This document shows positions 29,342 to 39,804 of a stretch of DNA of 63,051 nt, in pieces. The notes beneath the pieces are model-generated. The model was not told the DNA's origin. It saw only the letters and a program-made list of their open reading frames with translations, and searched no databases. Numbering within the stretch: the stretch's first letter is position 1; every line of letters begins with the position of its first letter. The stretch lies in contig JAEOTC010000065.1 of NCBI GenBank assembly GCA_016840035.1, positions 1 through 63,051 of the forward strand. The letters are read 5' to 3'. A program made the position numbers and the translations under genes. The stretch is from Candidatus Hodarchaeota archaeon. Its GTDB lineage: Archaea; Asgardarchaeota; Heimdallarchaeia; Hodarchaeales; Hodarchaeaceae.

Positions 29342-30316
29342 ATGGATGTTGAATACCAAAAAAAGGAAGTAACTTGGTGTCTAGATCGTGTTGGTCCAAG
29401 AATTTGTCTTAAAGCAACGGCCATCAATGATAAACTCCAAAAGCTTGAAATCACCAGTGATGAATTTAAATTAGAATTGGAAAATGAAGAAGCAAGGGAA
29501 TTTCTTGGAGTTCTACAGAGAATCACTTCGTTAAAACCCAAACTTACACAGGTATCCAAACCTCTACCGCCGACTCCCATAATACCTGAGAAAATAGAAC
29601 CATCTGTTCCTCATTTTGAGAAATCTGAGATTGAAGTGGTAGCAAGTCCTATAGTGAGCGAACCAATACAGAAACCCACTCCAAAACTTAACACAGCAGA
29701 AATTTTAGAAGTTTTAAAACAATCAGAAAGTAGTCTGAGTGAAGAGAGGATTTCTTTTCGGAAAAAATTTGCAGAAAATGAAGCACTTGAAAAGAAAGTA
29801 GCTACTCCGATAGAAACACCACAGGTTCAAGAAGAGACGCTACCTGAAATCTCTATTGAGGAAGATGTTAAACCACCAGAAATTTTTACAGAAAAAATGG
29901 ATACTGCATCATTTTTCAGAGATGTAGAGGATAAATCACCCTTAGAACAATTACTCGAAGAAAATAAAAAAATATCACAGGATATAACATTGGAAGAGAC
30001 ACCCTTAATGGTATCAAAGGAACCCGATCAAGAAACCGAGATTACCCAAGAACGAGAAGAACAAGTACAGTTCAGTCTAGATGACTTGAACACCTCGGCT
30101 TTTTTAAGTAAGTTTAGCTCTAAAACTTTTGAGGAGGAGTTGGAGGAACAACAACTACAAACTAGTGAAGAAACTCAACCAACCGAACCTGAACATCAAG
30201 AAGAAGAACCTGTCGAACGTAGTACCTTTTTGAGTGAGGAAGACAGAAAAAAAGAAATTGAACGAGAACGTGCTGCGCGAAAAAAGAGATTATGGGAACT
30301 AACTCGCGGATTTTAG
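29342..30316 (+). CDS. Hypothetical protein: small N-terminal domain, long acidic disordered region, basic C-terminal helix
   Basis: 324 aa, E/P/T-rich middle, ends ERAARKKRLWELTRGF. Confidence 0.7.
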   Translation: MDVEYQKKEVTWCLDRVGPRICLKATAINDKLQKLEITSDEFKLELENEEAREFLGVLQRITSLKPKLTQVSKPLPPTPIIPEKIEPSVPHFEKSEIEVVASPIVSEPIQKPTPKLNTAEILEVLKQSESSLSEERISFRKKFAENEALEKKVATPIETPQVQEETLPEISIEEDVKPPEIFTEKMDTASFFRDVEDKSPLEQLLEENKKISQDITLEETPLMVSKEPDQETEITQEREEQVQFSLDDLNTSAFLSKFSSKTFEEELEEQQLQTSEETQPTEPEHQEEEPVERSTFLSEEDRKKEIERERAARKKRLWELTRGF

Positions 30317-30357
30317 ATTTTCATTCAAATCAATTCTAATTTTCTCTGGGATAAAAC

Positions 30358-31560
30358 ATGCTTAATTCTAATTTTCTCAAACCAGAAATTGCTGTTGTTC
30401 TTCATGCATATCAACCACCAACTCAAAAGCAAGAAGTATTGGCTCGAATAATAGAGAATTGCTACCTACCTTTTGCAAATATGCTCGAAGAGAATCCAGA
30501 GTTTAAGGTTACTTTGAACTTAAATGCAAGTTTAACAGAAATGCTTGAAAAGGAAAATACAAACGTTATCGAAAGATACGCAAGTTTAGCTAGAAATAAT
30601 CAAGTGGAATTTCTTGAATCAGGTGCCTTTCACCCAATATTACCTCTTCTTTCAGAAAGAGAATCTCGTTACCAGATTACACTGAATCATCGAATTAATC
30701 TCAGAATCTTTGGATCAATTTGGCGACCAGTCGGATTTTGGCCTCCAGAATTGGCTGTATCAATGGATTTGTTGAAACAACTTGAACATTTAGGATATCA
30801 GTATACTATTGTACCTGAAATTTCCCTACGTCAAACTAACATACATCCAACTCCTTTACTTGAAAGAATCCCAACTCTCTCGTCATTACCAGGTTTGGCA
30901 TTGGTTTATCGGAATCGTGATATCTCAAATAGCCTTTCCTTCAAAAAATATTCAAAGGTTGATAATTTTTTTGAACATGTAGACCATGTAAGGGGTAAGC
31001 GACATCAAAAGTCATTTTTAATTCTTGCCACCGACTTGGAAACTTTTGGGGAGCATCATAAAGGATATGTGGATTTTCTCAGACAAATTTTTGACAAATC
31101 TACCTCTTGTACAATCAAAGATGTCTTATCTTTACCAAGAGATGAAATTTCGGAATTTGATGCAAGTAGTTGGAGTACCTCAGAAGAGAATCTTAACAGA
31201 AATATTCCCTATCCTCTATGGGCATTTCCAGGAAATTCTATTCACGAAATCCAAAACCTACACACTGAAATTCTCTCCGAGACACTCAAATATCTATTGA
31301 ACACTAAGAAAGACCAAACCGCTGAAATCCAACAGGTAATGAAGGAGGTTGCTAAAGCCCAATATAGTTGCCAAACATGGTGGGCATCGGTGAAAGATCA
31401 CTTTAGCAAAGAATTAATATTATTAGGGTTTCAAGAGCAGAAACGTGCATTGAAAATAATATTAAATGCTATTGATTCTGATTTCTCCCATACAATAATC
31501 ACTGCAACATCTGAACGACTTGAAGAACGGTTGAATCACTATTTAACGAGAACTAACTAA
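30358..31560 (+). CDS. Glycoside hydrolase family 57 protein
   Basis: HAYQP, HPILPL, WPPELA (nucleophile Glu), TDLETFG (acid/base Asp). Confidence 0.88.
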   Translation: MLNSNFLKPEIAVVLHAYQPPTQKQEVLARIIENCYLPFANMLEENPEFKVTLNLNASLTEMLEKENTNVIERYASLARNNQVEFLESGAFHPILPLLSERESRYQITLNHRINLRIFGSIWRPVGFWPPELAVSMDLLKQLEHLGYQYTIVPEISLRQTNIHPTPLLERIPTLSSLPGLALVYRNRDISNSLSFKKYSKVDNFFEHVDHVRGKRHQKSFLILATDLETFGEHHKGYVDFLRQIFDKSTSCTIKDVLSLPRDEISEFDASSWSTSEENLNRNIPYPLWAFPGNSIHEIQNLHTEILSETLKYLLNTKKDQTAEIQQVMKEVAKAQYSCQTWWASVKDHFSKELILLGFQEQKRALKIILNAIDSDFSHTIITATSERLEERLNHYLTRTN

Positions 31561-31584
31561 GCATTATGTTCAGGAAAAAGGAAT

Positions 31585-32967
31585 ATGCCTTTTAAAAAAT
31601 TAGGTATCGAGCTTTTGAGTAATCTTGTGAGCTTTAAGACAATTAATAATCCATCAGAGATGTTATTTCCTGATTCGGAAATAATATCTTTCATACAAAA
31701 GACTGTTCAACAATGGAATCCAGAGTATCAATCAAAGATTTTTCATACTGATCAATATCACTCTATTTATATTGCGAGCGATTTAGAGACTCCAAAAGAG
31801 ATTTTATTCCTTGGACATCTCGATGTTGTTCCAGTAACAGATAAATGGGATTCTAATCCATTTGAACTAACAATAAAGGATAATAAATTAGGTTTTGCAA
31901 GAGGATCAAAAGATTGTAAAGGATCTGTTGTCCCTGCCCTATTATTGATTAATAAAATTAACAATAACTCAAAAATACCCTCTCTAGTAAAAAAAATAGG
32001 AATATTTCTATCATCAGATGAAGAAACAGGGGGACAATATGGTGCTAAGAAATTCTTTGAATATGCCAAAGAAGCCAAAATTCTTCCAAAACAAGTGATT
32101 AATGTTGATGGAGGAGCAAAAGTTGTATTTAAAAGACGAGCAGGTTTCAATTTACGATTGATTATTGAACCTGCAGTTAAGAACACATTTGCGACTTCTC
32201 AAAAAAACACTTTTGAAACAAACATATTATTTGATAATAACCGGCACAGTGCCTATTTTTTCCCTGGTGTGGACTCTCACGCGTTACTAAAGTTATCTAA
32301 ATTCCTCCATCTCCATTCTCATCTTAAGGTTAAGGAAATTTCAGGCGATTGGGTTAAAGGAAATGTGATCCCAAACAAAATACGGGTTACTCTTCTTGAT
32401 CCGCATTCCCCTTCTAATACCAGACATAAGATTAGCTACGATCAGAACTTAACCAAAATTTTACAAAGACTGCGGAGTTTAGGTCAGTTAAATATCAAAA
32501 CGGAGAAAATGAGTGATTATGGCGTTACTATCAATCCGAATCTCTTATCTCATTCAGAAATGAAAGGTACTGAGATTCAGTTCGATATACGTGCATTTAT
32601 ATCATCCGAGAATAAAGAAGAGCTAACATCTGCTATAGAAGCGCGTTTGGGATCGTTTACTGATCAAGTCCAAATTGAATGTAAAGGTTCCTCGGGTTAT
32701 TTCTATACAGATCCTACTGATCCATTGGTTACAATTTCAACGGAGGTATTAAGGAAACACAATCTGATGGAAAAGGAAGAACCACCTAGAGAGCAGGAAG
32801 GAGCATCAGATGCTCGGTATGCATCGATGTACGGAGTACCAGTAATAGATTTAGGGCCTAAAGGAGGGAATATTCACGGAGACAACGAATATATCGATCT
32901 AGATTCCATGGTACAGTTCTCCTCAATTTATGAGGATATTGTAACAAATTTACTGAATAGGGAATAG
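31585..32967 (+). CDS. M20/M25/M40 metallohydrolase (ArgE/DapE-like)
   Basis: GHLDVV, RGSKDCKG, DEETG, GASDAR, HGDNE. Confidence 0.88.
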   Translation: MPFKKLGIELLSNLVSFKTINNPSEMLFPDSEIISFIQKTVQQWNPEYQSKIFHTDQYHSIYIASDLETPKEILFLGHLDVVPVTDKWDSNPFELTIKDNKLGFARGSKDCKGSVVPALLLINKINNNSKIPSLVKKIGIFLSSDEETGGQYGAKKFFEYAKEAKILPKQVINVDGGAKVVFKRRAGFNLRLIIEPAVKNTFATSQKNTFETNILFDNNRHSAYFFPGVDSHALLKLSKFLHLHSHLKVKEISGDWVKGNVIPNKIRVTLLDPHSPSNTRHKISYDQNLTKILQRLRSLGQLNIKTEKMSDYGVTINPNLLSHSEMKGTEIQFDIRAFISSENKEELTSAIEARLGSFTDQVQIECKGSSGYFYTDPTDPLVTISTEVLRKHNLMEKEEPPREQEGASDARYASMYGVPVIDLGPKGGNIHGDNEYIDLDSMVQFSSIYEDIVTNLLNRE

Positions 32968-33087
32968 AATGTGTGATTTTTCGCTTATTTTTTCTTACTT
33001 ATCTATCGAAAAAAGATATTAGCTGATTTCAGACCAAAAAACCTAAAGCATCGGATAGTGTAGTTCCGCTCGTAGAGGATCAAAACA

Positions 33088-35703
33088 ATGGGAAAAAGGT
33101 TCCTTTTCACTTTTTTGGCTTTGATTTGTCTTTTATTGATTAGTATTCATGATATAAATTACATAGATCATACATTAGACGAGAAAGAAGAAATTAATCC
33201 ACCTAGAGTAGAAACAGCTAAAGCTGCGAATTATGTCTTTCTCCAGTCTCCTGAAAATGGTTCTGTTCTTACTTCTGGCACTGAAATCTTCCTGGAAATC
33301 GATGATTCCTTGCTATTAAGAGTTGATTTTAATTGGAATTTTCAAGCCAACTTTTCTTTTCTTCCCCCTTACATAACTGTGTTACCTCCAGGAGATGGAC
33401 TCCATGTATTACATGTTTATGCATTAGACAACCTAGATATCTGGGAATATCAAAAATTCCATTTTACTACAGATGACACACCCCCTATCATACAATTAGA
33501 ATCAAATACGAATACTACTATACAAGCTCCTAACACTCCAATAAACCTAATAATAAATGATACCAATCTAGAAGGAGTGACATATCATTGGAATGATGAT
33601 AATAACATAAGTTTGGGGTTTCCTTTTACAGTCTATCTTCCTTTTCAAGATGGAAACCACATTTTAACGGTTTATGCAATAGATATGGCTGGTAATTGGG
33701 GATTAGAGAGATTTTTATTTACGGTACAAATAGAAATTGCTCCTGATACTGACAATGATGGATTGGATGATTATATTGAATTCTTCTTAGGGACGGATCC
33801 GGGTGAGTCAACAGATACCCTCTTTGGGTTTCCATTAGTAATATCTGATTTAGAAGAAGATACTCCAGATGATTACTATACAGTACTAGTATCTCATGAC
33901 CATATAGTAGCTCAGAATTGGATTATTGGAATGGTGGATGAAAAGGGGTTCGAGGATGAAACTGATTCCTACATCTTCACCTCTGAAATTCGTACAACAG
34001 GGAAAGTAGTATTTCAAAGTAACGTTCCTGGGATACAACTTACCTTATTTGATCTAGAAGGCAGGATAAATATCTCGACTGATCTAGGTTTGAATAGTAT
34101 ACAATTGGGAATTGGTGCTAGTGATTCCTCATTTCTCGAATACATACCGAATGCATTACCCTATTTAGTTGAAATTCCGATTCCCCTCGCAGTCGAGTTA
34201 TTCATCATTCAAATTGATGGAGGCTTTTCAGGTAGTTCATTATATTCAATTTGGGTTGAACACACACCTCTACAACCACATATGGAACTATTAAGCATTA
34301 TTTTTAATTTGATTCTATTTATTGGTTTCCCCTTTATGTTTTTTCTAATTCTACGTTGGGAAAATAGACGTTTAACAAAGAGACTACAAAAAATAGAACA
34401 AGTGGATGAAACAGAGCTTGAGTCTTCTTCCGATAGTAGTCTCCCAAAGAAATTCCCACCAATTGTCAAGGTTAGGTTTTCTGAGTGGATATTTTCTAGT
34501 TTTGTACTGTTCATTATGGTATTATTATTCACTGAGCTAAGTAGAGAGAAATTTCAGAACCAAGTTTCAGTTCTCACAGCTAAAGGATTTGTGGATCTAG
34601 GTTATCGCATTTTCTTCCTTGCTGTGACACTAATTATCATTGGAATCGTTCTTTCTGTTATTAATTGGGTTAAGAACCGGATTAGCAATCAAGGTTCAAT
34701 GCATCAGAGAAAGGGTCTCATAAGTTGGGTCACAGGTTTAACTCTGAGAGTACTACTGATCTCTATTGTATACGTTTTACTATGGATTGGATTTATCGAA
34801 TTAATTATCCTGGTAAAGACCAATGTTTCATCTTTATCCTCATTATATGAGATTTTGGATCTATTTGAGGTTTTTTTCGCTCAAGATCTTTCTGTTCCCC
34901 CCTCAGTTGAGGAATTAACATTTTTGAAGTCCATGGGGGTCTTGGAATTAATTTTTATAGTGTTTACAATTCCTCTCGCGTTGTACATGTTTGTTCTAAA
35001 CTTTGCGGGAGGAACCTCAATTAAAAAGATATTTAGAGCAAGTGAAGAAAGAAAAAGTCGTTGGAATTATAAGACAATCATATTGGGTTTGAGTCTCTCA
35101 ATAGAGATATATCGGATATTCTCGAACCTGGTAAATTTCTTAATTTCAATATTTTTTTCCGAAAATAGCACATTCTTTTTCATTCAGATTTCTGAACTTC
35201 CTTGGTGGCATCAGTTGGTCACATGGATCAGTCAAGAGACATTAATTAGTACACCAGTTCTTTATGGTTTGTATTTTGAATTACAAGGAATTTTCTTTGC
35301 ATGGGTGATTTACACAAGTCTACCGACCTTTTTTAGAAGATTTATGGCTGGATCAGGATTTTCAAAATCGATTACAAGAATTGGTTTTTTCCTATTAGGA
35401 ATGTTTGTAATCTTTTTACGTACATTACATCTATTACTACTTATCCCAATAGGAGTGCCCAGCTTCCCATTCAGTGTAATTCTCACAGACCCCTTTTCAA
35501 TTCTCCTTCTAGTTGCAATGATATCAGAATCAATCGAAATTCTAGGATTTATACTAGGAATGTTGTTTGTGTTTTCTCTTAGAACAAGTCGGAAGGATGC
35601 GCTTAAGAGTGATGATTCCATTAGTCAATTGATATCTATTGAAGAACCCAAAACACTAATTGAAACGGAAACTTCAATAGTTTATCAGATTGAAGAAGAA
35701 TGA
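33088..35703 (+). CDS. Large membrane protein: signal anchor, two Ig-like repeats, Ca-binding-type loop, multi-TM C-terminal half
   Basis: Tandem W...P...LP..DG.H.L.VYA.D repeats; DTDNDGLDD; about 9 TM segments. Confidence 0.75.
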   Translation: MGKRFLFTFLALICLLLISIHDINYIDHTLDEKEEINPPRVETAKAANYVFLQSPENGSVLTSGTEIFLEIDDSLLLRVDFNWNFQANFSFLPPYITVLPPGDGLHVLHVYALDNLDIWEYQKFHFTTDDTPPIIQLESNTNTTIQAPNTPINLIINDTNLEGVTYHWNDDNNISLGFPFTVYLPFQDGNHILTVYAIDMAGNWGLERFLFTVQIEIAPDTDNDGLDDYIEFFLGTDPGESTDTLFGFPLVISDLEEDTPDDYYTVLVSHDHIVAQNWIIGMVDEKGFEDETDSYIFTSEIRTTGKVVFQSNVPGIQLTLFDLEGRINISTDLGLNSIQLGIGASDSSFLEYIPNALPYLVEIPIPLAVELFIIQIDGGFSGSSLYSIWVEHTPLQPHMELLSIIFNLILFIGFPFMFFLILRWENRRLTKRLQKIEQVDETELESSSDSSLPKKFPPIVKVRFSEWIFSSFVLFIMVLLFTELSREKFQNQVSVLTAKGFVDLGYRIFFLAVTLIIIGIVLSVINWVKNRISNQGSMHQRKGLISWVTGLTLRVLLISIVYVLLWIGFIELIILVKTNVSSLSSLYEILDLFEVFFAQDLSVPPSVEELTFLKSMGVLELIFIVFTIPLALYMFVLNFAGGTSIKKIFRASEERKSRWNYKTIILGLSLSIEIYRIFSNLVNFLISIFFSENSTFFFIQISELPWWHQLVTWISQETLISTPVLYGLYFELQGIFFAWVIYTSLPTFFRRFMAGSGFSKSITRIGFFLLGMFVIFLRTLHLLLLIPIGVPSFPFSVILTDPFSILLLVAMISESIEILGFILGMLFVFSLRTSRKDALKSDDSISQLISIEEPKTLIETETSIVYQIEEE

Positions 35704-35839
35704 TTTTCCATCTGAAGCAATCTGAAAATAGAAGTTTTCTTTATAGAGAGCTGTAATATGAATGAAAATTACACCATTAGGAACTTAAGTTCTTTCACTA
35801 ACTACCAAATAATATCTTTCCAAAAATAAATGATTCCCA

Positions 35840-36637
35840 ATGACATTAGAACTAAATCAAATCTATAACATGGATTGTGTCGAAGGTCTATCTCAACTCG
35901 AGAGAAATTCAATAGATCTCTTACTAACTGATCCACCCTTTGGAATAGATTTCCACAAAGTGGGAAGCCAATACAATAGAAAACAAAAAGAACTTGGTAA
36001 AATGTATCATGAGGTTCCTGCTAGTGATTATTACGAATTTACATTGAGTTGGCTGAGTAAATGTCACAAAGTAATGAAAGCTGAGGCCAGTGGTTTTATA
36101 TTTAGTGGCTGGAATCATCTGGGAGATATATTGAACGCATTAACAGAGCTTAAGTTACGTATTATTAATCACTGCGTCTGGAAGTTTCAATTTGGCGTAT
36201 TCACAAAGAAGAGGTTTGTAACGAGTCATTATCATATCTTATACTTCACAAAACTAAAAATTAAAGATGATAAGCAGAGAACTTTCAATAGGATTCCTGA
36301 ATATAGTAGTTCTCCAGGAAAACTGTATTTTGAAGATGTCTGGAGAATTAAACGGGATTATCAGAAAGGGGGAGAAAAAACTCCTACCCGTCTTCCTCTG
36401 GCTGTTACTGACAAATGCATAAGAATGGCGAGTAATGAGGGTGATACAGTACTTGAACCATTCCTAGGAAGTGGAAGTGTAGTTTTATCAGCTATTAAAT
36501 ATAAGAGAAATTATGTTGGATTCGAAATCTCTGAAAAAATATTTCAAATTGCACAAAAACGGATAAATAGCTTGGAAAAAGACCTTAATTCTAAAGACAA
36601 AAGCTTAGAATTTTGGCTTAACCAAGATGGAAAATAA
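35840..36637 (+). CDS. Orphan beta-class amino-DNA methyltransferase (N6-A or N4-C)
   Basis: Motif IV TDPPF near the N-terminus and motif I EPFLGSGS near the C-terminus; no adjacent nuclease gene. Confidence 0.9.
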   Translation: MTLELNQIYNMDCVEGLSQLERNSIDLLLTDPPFGIDFHKVGSQYNRKQKELGKMYHEVPASDYYEFTLSWLSKCHKVMKAEASGFIFSGWNHLGDILNALTELKLRIINHCVWKFQFGVFTKKRFVTSHYHILYFTKLKIKDDKQRTFNRIPEYSSSPGKLYFEDVWRIKRDYQKGGEKTPTRLPLAVTDKCIRMASNEGDTVLEPFLGSGSVVLSAIKYKRNYVGFEISEKIFQIAQKRINSLEKDLNSKDKSLEFWLNQDGK

Positions 36638-36711
36638 TAATTCAATTAATAGAGAAAATTGTTCAGATTAAGAACTTAAGGTTGATATTGTGTAGATTTC
36701 GGTGATGGCAA

Positions 36712-37722
36712 ATGGTTATCCTAGTTACCGGTGGTACAGGTCTAGTTGGATGGTTTCTGTTAGAAAAAATTGCCTCTACACCATCATTACATGAGAAAGG
36801 TTGTCGTGTTATTGTTCGTAACTCTGAAAGTAAAGAGAGGGTTGAAAAGCTAGGATTATCCCCAGTGAAAGCTGATTTAAATGATGTACCTAGTTTAAAG
36901 AAAGCAGTTGAAGATACAAGCTCAGTCATTCATCTTGCAGCAAGAGCGGATGATTGGGCCTCATGGAATGAATTATACAAAGCAAATGTGGAGGGGTTAC
37001 AAAATCTAATATCTGTATGTAGAAATACAAATACTGATCCTTTTATCTCTCATACGAGCACTACAGGTGTATATGGTCATTATATTCCAAGTACACCAAT
37101 TAAAGAGACATATCAGTTTAATCCCACAAGTATTTATCAAAAAAGTAAGTATTATCAAGAGAAATATCTTTGGAAACTAAAAGATGAAGAGGGATGGGAC
37201 AATTTTAGTCTTGTAAGATCCCCCAGTATTATCGGGCCAAGAGATACAAAAACTATAAGCGAAGTATTTAGACTGGTTTACGAGCATAAATTCCCTATTC
37301 TAAGAGGGGGTAATATGTACGCTACATTTATTCATCCTGTAGACCTAACTACTGCTTTACTTTTGCTAGATTCTTCTAAATCAAATTCAAGAGGACAAGC
37401 ATATAATATAAAGTCCTTTGAGTGTAAAATGATTGATTTTTTGGAATATGTGGTAAAATTAACTAAACCCGACAAACCTCCATCCTCTATGAATTATCGA
37501 TTAGTCTACACTATCGCTTTGTTATCTGAATTCTATTCTAAACTGACTGGGAGAAAAACGAATCTGAACAGATATAGAGTAACTAAATTCGCGAAAACAA
37601 GGCGCTATGATGATACTAAAATAAGAACAGAACTTAATTTTTCACCAGAAAAGACCATGGAGATTACTCTTGATGAATCATTTACTTGGTTAACAGAGCA
37701 GGGTTTATTCCCGCCAAGGTAA
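36712..37722 (+). CDS. NAD-dependent epimerase/dehydratase (extended SDR, 3-beta-HSD-like)
   Basis: TGGTGLVG, HLAA, YQKSK, IIGPRD. Confidence 0.9.
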   Translation: MVILVTGGTGLVGWFLLEKIASTPSLHEKGCRVIVRNSESKERVEKLGLSPVKADLNDVPSLKKAVEDTSSVIHLAARADDWASWNELYKANVEGLQNLISVCRNTNTDPFISHTSTTGVYGHYIPSTPIKETYQFNPTSIYQKSKYYQEKYLWKLKDEEGWDNFSLVRSPSIIGPRDTKTISEVFRLVYEHKFPILRGGNMYATFIHPVDLTTALLLLDSSKSNSRGQAYNIKSFECKMIDFLEYVVKLTKPDKPPSSMNYRLVYTIALLSEFYSKLTGRKTNLNRYRVTKFAKTRRYDDTKIRTELNFSPEKTMEITLDESFTWLTEQGLFPPR

Positions 37723-37880
37723 GAAATCCCTCAAGATGACTTTTGTTTATTAGATATTGTCTAGAAGCTGTAATAGTAACCGAGAGAATATTTGAACATT
37801 TAGCTATAAATAAAAAATATCATGATTTCAGATGAATCGGATTTTTGTCCCCAATGACATGACTTTGGAAGTACCCACCT

Positions 37881-38846
37881 ATGAACGATGAGAATACAGA
37901 TCCATTGCTTACAGCGCGGGTATTATTAGTTGAGGATTCAAAAGATCACCAATTTTTGTTTATAAAACGACTTAATAATCTTGGAATCCATAATATTACA
38001 ATAAGTGAAACGGGAGAACAAGCCATTGATAAAATCAAAGGTGATCCTGATTTCGACTTAGTACTTGTGGACTATAATTTGCCAACTGGAATTTCTGGTA
38101 TTGAGGTGATCCGTGAAATTAGAAATCTAAATCCAGAGATACCAATAATCATGGTGACTGGCTTGGGCTCTGAACAAATTGCCGTACAAGCAATGAAATT
38201 AGGGATTCAAGATTACATCACCAAAGTGGACCTTCTACAAACGGATCTCAGTGATATTATTGTTCCTCTGTTACTCGAACGAAAAGTTCAACAGGAAACA
38301 TTATTGGCTAAACGGTTAAAGTCTGATCCAACTCAACTGTCAATATCTGTATTTAAATTTGGACAAGTAGGCCCAGAACCATATCTCACTTCCCCTCTAC
38401 CCTTCGAAAGTGCTTTTGAATCTGAACAAAGCCGAGAAAGTTTCCTTGTAAAGCTTGGTACACATTATATGTCAGCAACGGGTACAGGACATAACTATGC
38501 ACAGGGACTCTACGAACTCCCTGTACCAAGTCATAGGGTAGATATTGCCTTAGATGAACATGAAGATCAAGATAAACCCCCTAATCCCTTTAGCAAGTAT
38601 CATAGTTTAGTTTATGGATTTAGGATGACCGAAAAAGATCATTTTGATGAGCGAATCAAACTTAATAACTCCATGAATTACGGTTTGGTTGTTGTAATCT
38701 TTCCTATACTCTATCGTTCTATATTACCAAATAGGTCTATAATAGAAAGACGATTGAGTGAGTTGTTAAGCTCCTATCAAGATATGGAGGAGTTAAATAC
38801 TGCATTTTTAAAACGAGCACAGAATATCTTTTTCATAACATCATAA
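37881..38846 (+). CDS. Response regulator (REC) with an atypical C-terminal output domain
   Basis: LLVED, DYNLP (phospho-Asp), MVTG, DYITK. Confidence 0.88.
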   Translation: MNDENTDPLLTARVLLVEDSKDHQFLFIKRLNNLGIHNITISETGEQAIDKIKGDPDFDLVLVDYNLPTGISGIEVIREIRNLNPEIPIIMVTGLGSEQIAVQAMKLGIQDYITKVDLLQTDLSDIIVPLLLERKVQQETLLAKRLKSDPTQLSISVFKFGQVGPEPYLTSPLPFESAFESEQSRESFLVKLGTHYMSATGTGHNYAQGLYELPVPSHRVDIALDEHEDQDKPPNPFSKYHSLVYGFRMTEKDHFDERIKLNNSMNYGLVVVIFPILYRSILPNRSIIERRLSELLSSYQDMEELNTAFLKRAQNIFFITS

Positions 38847-38853
38847 AGAAACT

Positions 38854-39804
38854 TCAAGTTTTGGAATTCTCTTCTGAAAATTCTCTTTGAATTGTCTGTA
38901 GAGAAGATGCTAGAGAAGCAATGAGTCTTGCCAAATAAGAAAAAGACTTTACTATTTCTCTATTAGATGTTTGTACACCTAATATTTCAGATGATGGATC
39001 CTCTGATTTTAATAACAAGAATAAAATGCCATTTTCTTTTTCTGAATCTATCATTACAATGTTGGGTCGATTTTTTAAGAATTTACCGAAAGGATCTATC
39101 AGTTTATCAAGGTTTACGTCCATAGTTTGAAACATTGGAAAATTCAAGATATTTTCTATTTTATTTAGACTGATGCCTGTTATTGAATCCGAAATCTCAT
39201 CTAGTAATATATCTTCTGATAATGTCAGATATTCTTCATCTGTTAATACCAGTGAAACATTCACACCGCGCTGCCGAGCTTTTTTCAGCTCTTCTCCAAT
39301 CGGAAGTATAAATAAAGGTAAAACATTTGAAAAGATTTGATCAGTTGCTGTTTCTATGTTCTTCCTTAATAAACGAAAGATATGTTGCTTTCCTCTTATT
39401 ATTTGGATTTGATGTATTAACTCATTATCTTCTTCGTAAACTAAAGTATTAGAAATATGCTTAAATTGATCTAAAACTCGTATGGTAGCATTATCAATTG
39501 GATCCGTTAATTGTTGCTTTAATAACGCCACTAATTTTTCAGGTTCATACAAAAGACTATACATATTTGCAGAACCAGTAATTTCATCTACTTTTACTAC
39601 TCCTAAACCAATTAAAGAGTCAAGAACTTGATAGATCTTATTGCGTGGTACTTGAGATATCGAGGTTAGCTTTGAAGTCGGCATTGCATGCCCTGATTTG
39701 ACTAAAGCTACTAATACTCTAGCTTCATATTCCTTTAAACCTAACCTTGCTAAATCTGTAACCAAGGAAGAATGTTTGTCCTCCATATACGATTCAATCT
39801 CCAA
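38854..39804 (-). CDS. TrmB-family transcriptional regulator
   Basis: LGLKEYEARV...SQVPRNKIYQVLDSL wHTH, plus a C-terminal effector domain (ELKKARQRGV). Confidence 0.88.
   Translation of the reverse strand: MEIESYMEDKHSSLVTDLARLGLKEYEARVLVALVKSGHAMPTSKLTSISQVPRNKIYQVLDSLIGLGVVKVDEITGSANMYSLLYEPEKLVALLKQQLTDPIDNATIRVLDQFKHISNTLVYEEDNELIHQIQIIRGKQHIFRLLRKNIETATDQIFSNVLPLFILPIGEELKKARQRGVNVSLVLTDEEYLTLSEDILLDEISDSITGISLNKIENILNFPMFQTMDVNLDKLIDPFGKFLKNRPNIVMIDSEKENGILFLLLKSEDPSSEILGVQTSNREIVKSFSYLARLIASLASSLQTIQREFSEENSKT

Noticed and set aside
35840-36637. Restriction-modification or defence island
   Set aside because: No nuclease or other defence gene flanks the methyltransferase.
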